Translations under genes and position numbers: made by a program
The notes under the pieces: model-generated
What the model was told of the DNA's origin: nothing
The model's database searches: none
What the model saw: the letters and a program-made list of their open reading frames with translations, nothing else
NCBI GenBank assembly: GCA_902384455.1
Contig: CABMCB010000094.1
Coordinates: 32,001-96,000 of the forward strand
Direction of reading: 5' to 3'
DNA: 64,000 nt
DNA from: an uncultured archaeon
GTDB lineage: Archaea > Altiarchaeota > Altiarchaeia > IMC4 > SCGC-AAA252-I15
Part shown: positions 26,988-35,424 of the stretch, piece after piece
Layout of the letters: each line of letters starts with the position of its first letter
Numbering within the stretch: the stretch's first letter is position 1

Positions 26988-28921
26988 CCCAAAAGAACCA
27001 GTAACGCCACGACCGCTATGAAGCCGTAGTTAATGTACGAATCGAGGTTGCCGTTCTGCAGCGCCGAAACCGAACGCGAAATGCCGCCCGCCATCTTAGC
27101 AACAGGCATGTAAAGGTACTCCTCAAAAAACTTCATCAGGTGAATCTCTGCATATCCCCCCTTGAAAATAACCTGCTTATTATCGAAGAACGTCCTATCA
27201 CTGACTTTCTTAGTCTGGTAAACAGGCTTGAATATGGTGACAATAGGCTCGGAAAACCCTGACGCCGTATACTCCATCTTACTGTTCTGCGAAAGCAGCC
27301 CGCACCCCCACGTCTCGCTAACACGACTTCTGCGAACGGACAACGTAAAGACCGCAATATACACTGCCGCATAAACCAAAAGCAAAAGCAAACCAACCAA
27401 AAGAAGATTCGGGATAAGAAGCGGATAACCTAACCACGACAAAAGCGGCGCGGAAAAGACACCGAGAAAAACGCACAAAAAGGCAAGAAAACCAGGACCA
27501 ACCAACATCAGAAACGGCACCTCCTTCGACTTCTGCGCCTCCTCAGACCTCGGAACCGCAAGGAACATGACACCGAACGCCTTAACGAAACACGCGGCAG
27601 CAAGCGCGCTGGTTAATGCGAAAACGGAGAGGCACATCATCAGCGACAACTGAAGCATCGGGTGGTTCTGCAGCGCGTAAGACTGAAGAAGCACCTGGAA
27701 TATCATCAATTCGCTTACAAATCCATTGAAAGGAGGCAACGCCGATATGGACACCGCACCCACAAGGAAGAATAACGCAGTATACGGCATACGCTTAATC
27801 AAGCCTCCCATTTCCTCTATGTTCTGCGTCTTTACTGCGCTTACGACCGAACCCGCAGTGAGGAACAGGAGGCTCTTGAACAGCGCGTGATTGAGGGTGT
27901 GGAATAGGGCGCCTATGAGGCTGAGGAACGCCAGGTCCGCAAGCCCGTAATGCAGGAAGATAGGATACAAACCAAATCCTATAAGAATTATGCCGACGTT
28001 CTCTATGCTGTGGTACGCAAGAAGCCGCTTGATATCATGCTCCTTGAGGGCGTATATCACGCCCAAAATGGCGGACGTAGTACCTACGACTAAGATGATG
28101 ATGCCCCACCAGGGGTTGGGCGGCAGGACATATAGGACGAACCGCATCAGACCGTATATCGCCACCTTTATCATTACGCCGGACATTAAGGCGGATATGT
28201 TTGAGGGGCTGGCGGGGTGCGCGTAAGGCAACCACTTGTGGAAAGGTATGACTCCCGCTTTAATCCCGAATCCCACAAGCAACGCCAAGAATACGGCGGC
28301 CGCAGACCCAGTCGCGATTTCAACGGCCGTTATGCTAAGTGATCCGCTTGCGCGGTATAGCAGGGAGAATGCGATTATTAGGAAGACTGTGCTTAACTGC
28401 GTCATTGCGAAGTAGAATATTCCTGCTTTTCTTGTTTCCGGCTTCTCGTACTCGAACATCACAAGGAAGAAGGATGAAAGCGACATGAGCTCCCAGAAGA
28501 ATAGGAATGAAAAGGTGTTTTCTGACGCCACTACGAGGACCATGGAGAGTATGAAAACGTTCATTAGGGAGGCCAGCACGTTTTTGCGGCGCACGTGCCT
28601 GCCGTGTTCCACATACTGGATGGAGTATACCGCCACCGCCAGCGAGACTACGGATATTACGAGGATGAAGAATGAGGCAAGCCGGTCTACTGCGAATGAC
28701 AACGCCAGCGACGGCGCAAGGGAATAAGCGGCGAAATAAGTCTCCTGATTCGCATATATTGTTGCCGAAGAGAAGGATAGAAACAGAAGGGACGATACTA
28801 CAGTAAGCAGAAAAGAAATCCGCCTAACAGACCTGCCCAGACGCAAAGAAAAAAGAAGCGGCAACAGAGAGCCGACGAGGGAGAACGCCACACCACCGCA
28901 GAACAATGAAGACGTAAGCAT
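26975..28921 (-). CDS. hyfB: HyfB-like proton-translocating antiporter subunit
   Basis: FWELMSL, KAGVIPFHKWLPYAHP, LAYHSIENVG, TWGCG, MEYTASGFS. Confidence 0.9.
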   Translation of the reverse strand: MLTSSLFCGGVAFSLVGSLLPLLFSLRLGRSVRRISFLLTVVSSLLFLSFSSATIYANQETYFAAYSLAPSLALSFAVDRLASFFILVISVVSLAVAVYSIQYVEHGRHVRRKNVLASLMNVFILSMVLVVASENTFSFLFFWELMSLSSFFLVMFEYEKPETRKAGIFYFAMTQLSTVFLIIAFSLLYRASGSLSITAVEIATGSAAAVFLALLVGFGIKAGVIPFHKWLPYAHPASPSNISALMSGVMIKVAIYGLMRFVLYVLPPNPWWGIIILVVGTTSAILGVIYALKEHDIKRLLAYHSIENVGIILIGFGLYPIFLHYGLADLAFLSLIGALFHTLNHALFKSLLFLTAGSVVSAVKTQNIEEMGGLIKRMPYTALFFLVGAVSISALPPFNGFVSELMIFQVLLQSYALQNHPMLQLSLMMCLSVFALTSALAAACFVKAFGVMFLAVPRSEEAQKSKEVPFLMLVGPGFLAFLCVFLGVFSAPLLSWLGYPLLIPNLLLVGLLLLLVYAAVYIAVFTLSVRRSRVSETWGCGLLSQNSKMEYTASGFSEPIVTIFKPVYQTKKVSDRTFFDNKQVIFKGGYAEIHLMKFFEEYLYMPVAKMAGGISRSVSALQNGNLDSYINYGFIAVVALLVLLGWYL

Positions 28922-29012
28922 CTTAGTCGCCTTTGGATTTCATAACGCAATTTCTAGCGTTCTTATTCATCCCCCCTCTTTAAGAACATTCATTCAATGA
29001 CCAAAAAAAGCG

Positions 29013-30224
29013 TCATCCGCCAAACATCAGAATGCCCGGCTTGAATATTAGTATGAGGCCGAGAAGCAGCATTAGTGTGCCGCCGATTAGTTTTCCTATT
29101 TTTCCTTCTTTCGCATCTAGTTTGCGGCTGCGCAACGTATATACCGCTATGCTAAAGACGAGAAGGTCATCCAGCATGTAGAAGAAGATGTATAGGCTCA
29201 AGTAAGCGTAGTACATTGGAGCGGAGAGGTTGTTTAAAGTCAATACTCTAGTGTAAATGGCGGGAAACCCGGCCGTGCACGCAAGCTCCACTAGGTTGAC
29301 GGCGAACGCCAAAACTATTGTGCCGGCGATTGTCGCAGGCAACGCTCCCTCGTGGACTATACTGCGCATCCGCTTGAATATGCCTGGTTTGACGCTTTCA
29401 GGTATCGTAAGCGACGGACCCTTCTTGAACCAAAACACGTCCTTAAGGTTTATGAGGCCTGCTGCCACCGCGAACGCTCCTATTGCAACGCGGGTCGGGG
29501 TTGCGTAGCCCACAAACAGGAATAAATTAAGCCACGCGGCCATAAACAGGAAGTAGCTTATGCCGGAAGCCAAAATGAATATCCCGCCTACGAGGAACAT
29601 CTTTCTTCGGCTTCTTGTGTACACTAAAAGCGCAAGAAGGAAAGTCAACACCCACATAGCGCAGGGGTTAAATCCGTCCAAAAGGCCGACGGCCATTGTG
29701 AAGGCGGGCAAGCTGACTGTGAGAGGGTCTACTTCGCCAAGGCCAGGAACCAGCATGATGTTTGAAACGTTTTCCGGCTGAACCAACTCCAGTTTCATGG
29801 AGGAATTAGTAAGTTTGAGGTATGGGCTGAGGCAGCCGTATTTTATGCAGAATTTTACTTTGTTTTCAATTCTCTGCCCTGAAACAAACGTGTTGCCGTA
29901 GCCGGCAAAGTATGTGTCGCCTATGAAGTTTGCCGGCACTCCGCCGGGTTTCTCGCCGTATGCGTCCGTGAAATTCAGAAGCAGAGGCACAAATTCAGGA
30001 TTCGTCTCTAAGTCGTAATAATCAAACGTGACCTGAGGATAACGGACTAAAAGTTCAGACATGAACTCTTTCTCCGCCTGACAGTGAGGGCAACTTGTGC
30101 GCCCGAAAACAACCAACGTGACGTTGTACTCCGGCTGCCCCACATCATCCGCTGAAACAGGCAGAAGAAGGAGAAAGACGGAGAATAGTATGATTGCCGC
30201 CTTGAAACTCAAATATGACGCCAT
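29013..30224 (-). CDS. Thioredoxin/glutaredoxin domain fused to a CcdA/DsbD-like transmembrane domain
   Basis: Signal peptide, CPHC, then GLLDGFNPCA and VELACTAGFP in the TM region. Confidence 0.8.
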   Translation of the reverse strand: MASYLSFKAAIILFSVFLLLLPVSADDVGQPEYNVTLVVFGRTSCPHCQAEKEFMSELLVRYPQVTFDYYDLETNPEFVPLLLNFTDAYGEKPGGVPANFIGDTYFAGYGNTFVSGQRIENKVKFCIKYGCLSPYLKLTNSSMKLELVQPENVSNIMLVPGLGEVDPLTVSLPAFTMAVGLLDGFNPCAMWVLTFLLALLVYTRSRRKMFLVGGIFILASGISYFLFMAAWLNLFLFVGYATPTRVAIGAFAVAAGLINLKDVFWFKKGPSLTIPESVKPGIFKRMRSIVHEGALPATIAGTIVLAFAVNLVELACTAGFPAIYTRVLTLNNLSAPMYYAYLSLYIFFYMLDDLLVFSIAVYTLRSRKLDAKEGKIGKLIGGTLMLLLGLILIFKPGILMFGG

Positions 30225-30234
30225 ATCAGCGGTC

Positions 30235-31197
30235 CTAAACTTCGTAACCTAATTCCCGCGTAAGCTCCTCATACCTATTGCGGATAGTAATCTCGGTCAC
30301 ACCCGACAGCTTCTCAGCAATCTCCTTCTGAGTGTAACGCTCACGAGTAAGCTTCCCAGCCAAATAAATAGCAGCAGCCGCAACACCAGTAGGACCGCGG
30401 CCCGACGTAATACCCTTCTCGCGGGCCCGCTGAATTATTTCCATAGCCTTCGCCTCAGTCTCCCCGCTTATTCCCAACTCGCTAGCGAACTTAGGAACAT
30501 AATCCATGGGAGTCGCAACAGGCATCTTAAGGCCGAGTTTGCGGCAGCAGAAGCGGTAACTTTTTCCGATGTCCTTCTTGCTTTTGCCGGTCGCCTCGGA
30601 AAGCTCGTCCAGCGTCTTAGGCTGCCCGTGCTTCCGGGTTACGAAATATACGATTGCGGCAACAACACTCTCTATGCTGCGCCCCCGCGTCAGCCCCTGA
30701 TTGACGGCTTTGCGGTAAATCATGGCGCACTCCTCCTTTATGTTGTTGTTTATGGAAAGGAAACTGCAGACTCGGTCCAACTCCGGAAGCGCAATAGAAA
30801 GGTTCCTGTGGACGCTGTCGCTCATGCGGCTGCGCCGCTGCCACTTACGCAGACGATACAACTGAGCCTTCCTCTCCGGCTGAATGTTACCCCCGCGAAT
30901 GTCGCGATCATAACGGTCGATTTCAGTGGTAAGACCTTTGTTAAGCTTAGCGAACTTGACTGGGCCGCCGGTGCGGCTTCTTTTGGCGGTCTGCTCCTGA
31001 TCGAACGCCCGCCACTCCGGACCGCTGTCGATAAGATTTTCCTCAATAACGGTGCCGCATGCTTTGCAGACTATTTCAGCGTGCTTGCGGTCCGTGAACA
31101 AGTTTCCGCTGCCGCATTCAGGGCAGACCTTTATTTCTTCTCCGGGGGTAGACTCAGGTTTTTCCCCCTTCACCATTTGCATTGATTTAACTGTCAT
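30235..31197 (-). CDS. tfb: Transcription initiation factor IIB (TFB)
   Basis: Zn ribbon CPECG...CKACG, IDSGPEWRAF, and two cyclin repeats (RGRSIE, SGRGPTG, VTEITIRNRY). The exact start is uncertain (31197 or slightly downstream). Confidence 0.96.
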   Translation of the reverse strand: MTVKSMQMVKGEKPESTPGEEIKVCPECGSGNLFTDRKHAEIVCKACGTVIEENLIDSGPEWRAFDQEQTAKRSRTGGPVKFAKLNKGLTTEIDRYDRDIRGGNIQPERKAQLYRLRKWQRRSRMSDSVHRNLSIALPELDRVCSFLSINNNIKEECAMIYRKAVNQGLTRGRSIESVVAAIVYFVTRKHGQPKTLDELSEATGKSKKDIGKSYRFCCRKLGLKMPVATPMDYVPKFASELGISGETEAKAMEIIQRAREKGITSGRGPTGVAAAAIYLAGKLTRERYTQKEIAEKLSGVTEITIRNRYEELTRELGYEV

Positions 31198-31360
31198 CTT
31201 AGAACCGTGTAAAAGGCAGAATGAAGAGTATATTGCTTCTTTACCGCTTAAAAAAGAGGCAGTATTCAAAAAGTTACCTGATTTCGGCCGGATTCTTATT
31301 CTTTAGCATTTTTTAAGGGGGGAACATAAAGAGTGGATGACAGTTTTTGTAGGCACTCAC

Positions 31361-32143
31361 ATGAAAAAAATCTATTTAGGATTAATGGTTTTCACCTTGG
31401 CCCTGTTTGCTTTCAACGCATCCGGAGCAGGACAGAACGGGCAAGACAACCGCCCTGACGCTCAAGTCGTCCCATACAAAGGGAACGAGATTAAGAACTA
31501 CAGCCTGTTTGACTGCGGCAACACCACAGACAAGAAGGAGGAATTAAAGTGCAAAACATCTGCACGGATAAGAGAGGATGAAGGAAACAAAAGCAGATTT
31601 ACCGGAATCAACTGCTCAAACATAACTGGAGTAGGAGACCGAATAAGATGCCGCATCAAAACGCAAGTAAACGAAAAAACAAACAAAAGCGAATGCGCCG
31701 AGCAAACAGGAGAAAACCAGACTCAATGCGAACAAAAATACCAGAAAACCAAAGACTGCTGGAAGAAAAACCTAACTGACGACCGCATATCATGCATAAA
31801 AGAAAAACTAAACGCCACAGACTTCCAAGAGCGCAAACAAGAATGCATGAACAAAACAGAACAAGAACGCGGACAATGCATAGCAGACCTAAAACGCGCG
31901 GCCTACGACGCAGTGCTACTTAGGTTTGAAAACATCGAAGACCGCATACAAACCCTCCAAAACAAAAGCCTGCTCACAACGGCAGAAGCCGATGAATACA
32001 CCGCCCAAATAGAAGAACAAAAAATCGCGTTCAACCAATCCAAAAACCTGGACGGACTATTAGAAGCCATCCACACCGTCAGAGACATATGGCAAGAAAT
32101 CATACAAACAGCCAAAAACCACAAAAAGGAGGCCGAACAATGA
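31361..32143 (+). CDS. Secreted Cys-rich helical hypothetical protein
   Basis: MKKIYLG signal peptide and repeated C-x(9-10)-C pairs. Confidence 0.65.
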   Translation: MKKIYLGLMVFTLALFAFNASGAGQNGQDNRPDAQVVPYKGNEIKNYSLFDCGNTTDKKEELKCKTSARIREDEGNKSRFTGINCSNITGVGDRIRCRIKTQVNEKTNKSECAEQTGENQTQCEQKYQKTKDCWKKNLTDDRISCIKEKLNATDFQERKQECMNKTEQERGQCIADLKRAAYDAVLLRFENIEDRIQTLQNKSLLTTAEADEYTAQIEEQKIAFNQSKNLDGLLEAIHTVRDIWQEIIQTAKNHKKEAEQ

Positions 32144-32409
32144 AACCCGCGTTTATACTGCTTATGATGGCATTCGCAGTCGCTTTGTCAGGCTGCTTGG
32201 GAACAGACGAGACATCCACGACCACTGCTCCATCAACAGTAGAGCAGACGTATGTCACAACCACTTTAGCGGCGCAGTCTGCCACAACAACTACAGTAAT
32301 TCAACCACCGATAGAGGTTAGTACGACCGCCACAACAATAGACCTCGGCGTTGACTTAAACGACGGCTTAGACGGCGCAATAAAGGACGTCCAGGACGTA
32401 AACTCTTAG
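32140..32409 (+). CDS. Small Thr-rich lipoprotein
   Basis: GGAGG SD, ATG at 32140, lipobox LSGC. Confidence 0.7.
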   Translation: MKPAFILLMMAFAVALSGCLGTDETSTTTAPSTVEQTYVTTTLAAQSATTTTVIQPPIEVSTTATTIDLGVDLNDGLDGAIKDVQDVNS

Positions 32410-32471
32410 TGAGTATTCTGACCGCGTTTGCAGCAGCCTAATCTAAGTAAGCTTTTATCTACAGCAGGGAA

Positions 32472-33257
32472 ATGAGTATTGTGGAAGCCCTTAAGCTGAT
32501 TAGTTTAGGCCTTTTATGCGGGTTCCTGAGTGCCACATTGGGCATTGGAGGGGGGGTTATTCTGGTGCCTGCGCTTGTTTTCCTTTTGGGTTACCACATG
32601 AAAAAAGCAGTCTCTACGTCTCTTTCCACTATTATTCCCACGACTCTTGTCGCACTTCTTACCCACTATTTGATACAAGGAGGACATTTCCAATTTCTCC
32701 TTGCCGCATTAATCACATTAGGCGCCCTTTTTGGCGCAAAGTTCGGAGCACAACTGGTCCACCAGATAAGCACACACCGCCTAACAAGATTATTCTCGCT
32801 GCTTTTGATTGTTACCGGACTCAAGCTCGCAGGAGCACTAAGCGTATCAGCAGACACCGGCACAGTAAGCACTACGCCGCCGCTGCTTGTCTCATTGGGC
32901 CTGGCAACAGGCACATTATCCGCGCTATTTGGGGTAGGTGGCGGCGTAATAGTAGTACCTGCGTTAAACATGCTCTTCGGATTGCCCCTTAAGGACGCCA
33001 TGACTATTTCCCTCCTTGTTATACTTCCTACGGCGTGCGCGGGCGTTTTCTTCCACAGAAAATTCAATAACGTGGATTCTGGGGCTCTTAAAACGCTTGT
33101 TCCGGCAGCCGCTTTAGGGGCAGTCATAGGCACTTTTGTTTCACCGCACATTCCCGCAGACGCGCTAAAACAGATTCTCGGATTCTTCCTCGTCTTGACC
33201 GCAACCTTGATGATAGTACAGCACAAAATCAAAAGTAAAACCCCGACAGTTGCGTAG
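32472..33257 (+). CDS. TauE/SafE-family sulfite exporter
   Basis: Duplicated GIGGGVILVP / GVGGGVIVVP motifs and multiple TMs. Confidence 0.9.
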   Translation: MSIVEALKLISLGLLCGFLSATLGIGGGVILVPALVFLLGYHMKKAVSTSLSTIIPTTLVALLTHYLIQGGHFQFLLAALITLGALFGAKFGAQLVHQISTHRLTRLFSLLLIVTGLKLAGALSVSADTGTVSTTPPLLVSLGLATGTLSALFGVGGGVIVVPALNMLFGLPLKDAMTISLLVILPTACAGVFFHRKFNNVDSGALKTLVPAAALGAVIGTFVSPHIPADALKQILGFFLVLTATLMIVQHKIKSKTPTVA

Positions 33258-33295
33258 CGACTAGCATTCTTATCCTTGTACAACGGGGTATTTTT

Positions 33296-33982
33296 ATGGC
33301 GAATCCGACGACATTGCCAGCGGTACAGCAGATGAAGGGGGACGCGCTCGGAATCCGCGGGCAACAGGCCATGCAACAGCTTGATGAGGCTTTAGGGCAG
33401 TTGGATCCAGGCAAACTTAGAGAATACGGGATTCCAACAGGATATCTAATCGGCGCAGAAAGGGAGCTGGCAAGGAGGCCTCTCGCGCAGTTGGACAGGC
33501 TTAAGGATGCGCGGCGCGGTTTGGAGGAACGGTGCGACCGCCTTTCTTTACAGTTTATTAAACCGACCGGCGAGTACAGTTTTGCAAATTACGGATTTGA
33601 CACGGCGAATTATACGGGGGGAGAAAACATTGAAGACAGAGTCGTCCAGGTGGATGGAAAGCTTCAAACCATTTTCGTGGGAAGAACCGGCACCAACTCC
33701 CCATACAACTACAGAGACATCGGTAAGGCAGTTTACGACATAGCCGAACTTAGGATACAACAGGACAGGGAGAAAAAAGGCTGGCTAAGCAAACCCGTAA
33801 GCCCCGCAGAATCTGAACTAGGCGCAAGAGAAGCGCACATTATCGTCGAACACAAAGTCCTAGACCAAATTGAGGCAGACCCGGCACTACTTACTCAAGT
33901 TGGAAGAGCCATAAAAACATCCAGAGACACCGGAAAACCCTTTAGACAAATCTGGGCGGCACTTCAAGAAAAACAGGCGTAA
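33296..33982 (+). CDS. Hypothetical protein
   Basis: 228-aa ORF with plausible codon usage and no recognised motif. Confidence 0.6.
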   Translation: MANPTTLPAVQQMKGDALGIRGQQAMQQLDEALGQLDPGKLREYGIPTGYLIGAERELARRPLAQLDRLKDARRGLEERCDRLSLQFIKPTGEYSFANYGFDTANYTGGENIEDRVVQVDGKLQTIFVGRTGTNSPYNYRDIGKAVYDIAELRIQQDREKKGWLSKPVSPAESELGAREAHIIVEHKVLDQIEADPALLTQVGRAIKTSRDTGKPFRQIWAALQEKQA

Positions 33983-33994
33983 AAACTTATTTTT

Positions 33995-34036
33995 CGGTGG
34001 ACGCCCACTCTACAGATTGAAACGGTGGACGCCCAC
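33995..34036. repeat. Two 14-bp direct repeats CGGTGGACGCCCAC (mini-hairpin, REP-like)
   Basis: Copies at 33995-34008 and 34023-34036. Confidence 0.7.
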
Positions 34037-34073
34037 CTAACCCCCTTCTGAGCAAAAAGCAGACATCTACGCC

Positions 34074-34193
34074 TTACCCCACCTTCTTCCAGTCGGCCGG
34101 AAGCAGATTGTATGGGTCATAGGCGTATTTCTTCTCTTTATGCCCGTCAAAGGGATTCCCCTTTATACCCGAAGGTATACAGTCATAGACCAC
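34074..34193 (-). CDS. Possible 39-aa small protein or gene remnant
   Basis: GTG start 8 nt after AGGAGGTGA; VYDCIPSGIKGNPFDGHKEKKYAYDPYNLLPADWKKVG. Confidence 0.3.
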   Translation of the reverse strand: MVYDCIPSGIKGNPFDGHKEKKYAYDPYNLLPADWKKVG

Positions 34194-34421
34194 TTTCCCG
34201 TTCACCTCCTACACGGGACAATGCCCGGATGGCGCTATTTCCCTGTCGCCTGGGAGGCGGAGTTATGTAATACTCCGCCCCCGCATACCCGCGAATTTTC
34301 TTATTGGCGACTTTCATCTTACCATCGATTCTATATTACTCCGGATGGCATATATACTTTCCCGACATAGAATATATTTATATATATAGACTCTTTATTT
34401 GTATATAGAAGAGGTTTGATT

Positions 34422-35417
34422 ATGGACACAAGAAAAGTACAAATCACCGGAGGAGCATCCTACATGATAACACTCCCAAAAGAATGGATACAATCACTCA
34501 ACATAAAGAAAAACGACACACTAGGACTCGTAATACAACCAGACAAAACACTAACAATAACACCATACACAACAACAGAACACACCCAAAAAACAAAAAA
34601 ACTCGACGCCGACACAATAACCAACCCCGCCTACCTATACCGCTACCTAATAGGCAGCTACATCGCAGGCTACAACAACATAGAAATAAAATCACAAAAA
34701 AAACTCACACCACCCATAAAAAACGCAATAAGAACATTCACAAGAACCGCAATAGGCCAAGAAATAGTCGAAGAAACCGAGAACCGCATACTCATAAAAG
34801 ACCTACTTAACCCCAAAGAAATGCCCGTAGAAAACACGCTCAAAAGATTCTACCTCATCGTAAAAGGCATGCATGAAGACGCAATCAACTCCCTAGGAAC
34901 ATACGACAAACAACTCTCAGAAGACGTCATAAAACAAGAAAACGAAACAAACAGACTACACTGGCTAATAGCCCGACACCTCAACCTAATAATGAACGAC
35001 ACAACACTCGCCACAACCATGAACACCACAACATGGACCGCCAACAGCTACTACAGAGTAAGCATGAACCTAGAACACATAGGAGACCACGCAGTAATCA
35101 TCGCCAAAAACAACGTTGAAATAAAAGAAAAAAAAATAGACGAAAAAACCCTAACAGACATAAAAAACGCAAGCAAACAAGCAATCACAATACTAAACGA
35201 AAGCATGGAATCACTCTTCAAAAAAGACATCAACACAGCACAAAAAAACATGGACCTAATGGAAAAACTACAAACACAATGCCAACAAATACACACAAGA
35301 CTACAACACCAAAAAAACCCCACAACAGTACAACTAAGCTACATAACCACAAGCATAGAAAGAACAGGAGAATTCTCAAAAAACATATCAGAACAAATGA
35401 TAGACTACCTAGTCTAA
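34422..35417 (+). CDS. phoU: Archaeal phosphate-uptake regulator PhoU with N-terminal AbrB domain
   Basis: TRKVQITGGASYMITLPKEW, YIAGY, and two PhoU repeats (LEHIGDHA, IERTGEFS). An AT-rich TATA region lies upstream. Confidence 0.92.
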   Translation: MDTRKVQITGGASYMITLPKEWIQSLNIKKNDTLGLVIQPDKTLTITPYTTTEHTQKTKKLDADTITNPAYLYRYLIGSYIAGYNNIEIKSQKKLTPPIKNAIRTFTRTAIGQEIVEETENRILIKDLLNPKEMPVENTLKRFYLIVKGMHEDAINSLGTYDKQLSEDVIKQENETNRLHWLIARHLNLIMNDTTLATTMNTTTWTANSYYRVSMNLEHIGDHAVIIAKNNVEIKEKKIDEKTLTDIKNASKQAITILNESMESLFKKDINTAQKNMDLMEKLQTQCQQIHTRLQHQKNPTTVQLSYITTSIERTGEFSKNISEQMIDYLV

Positions 35418-35424
35418 AAGAAAA

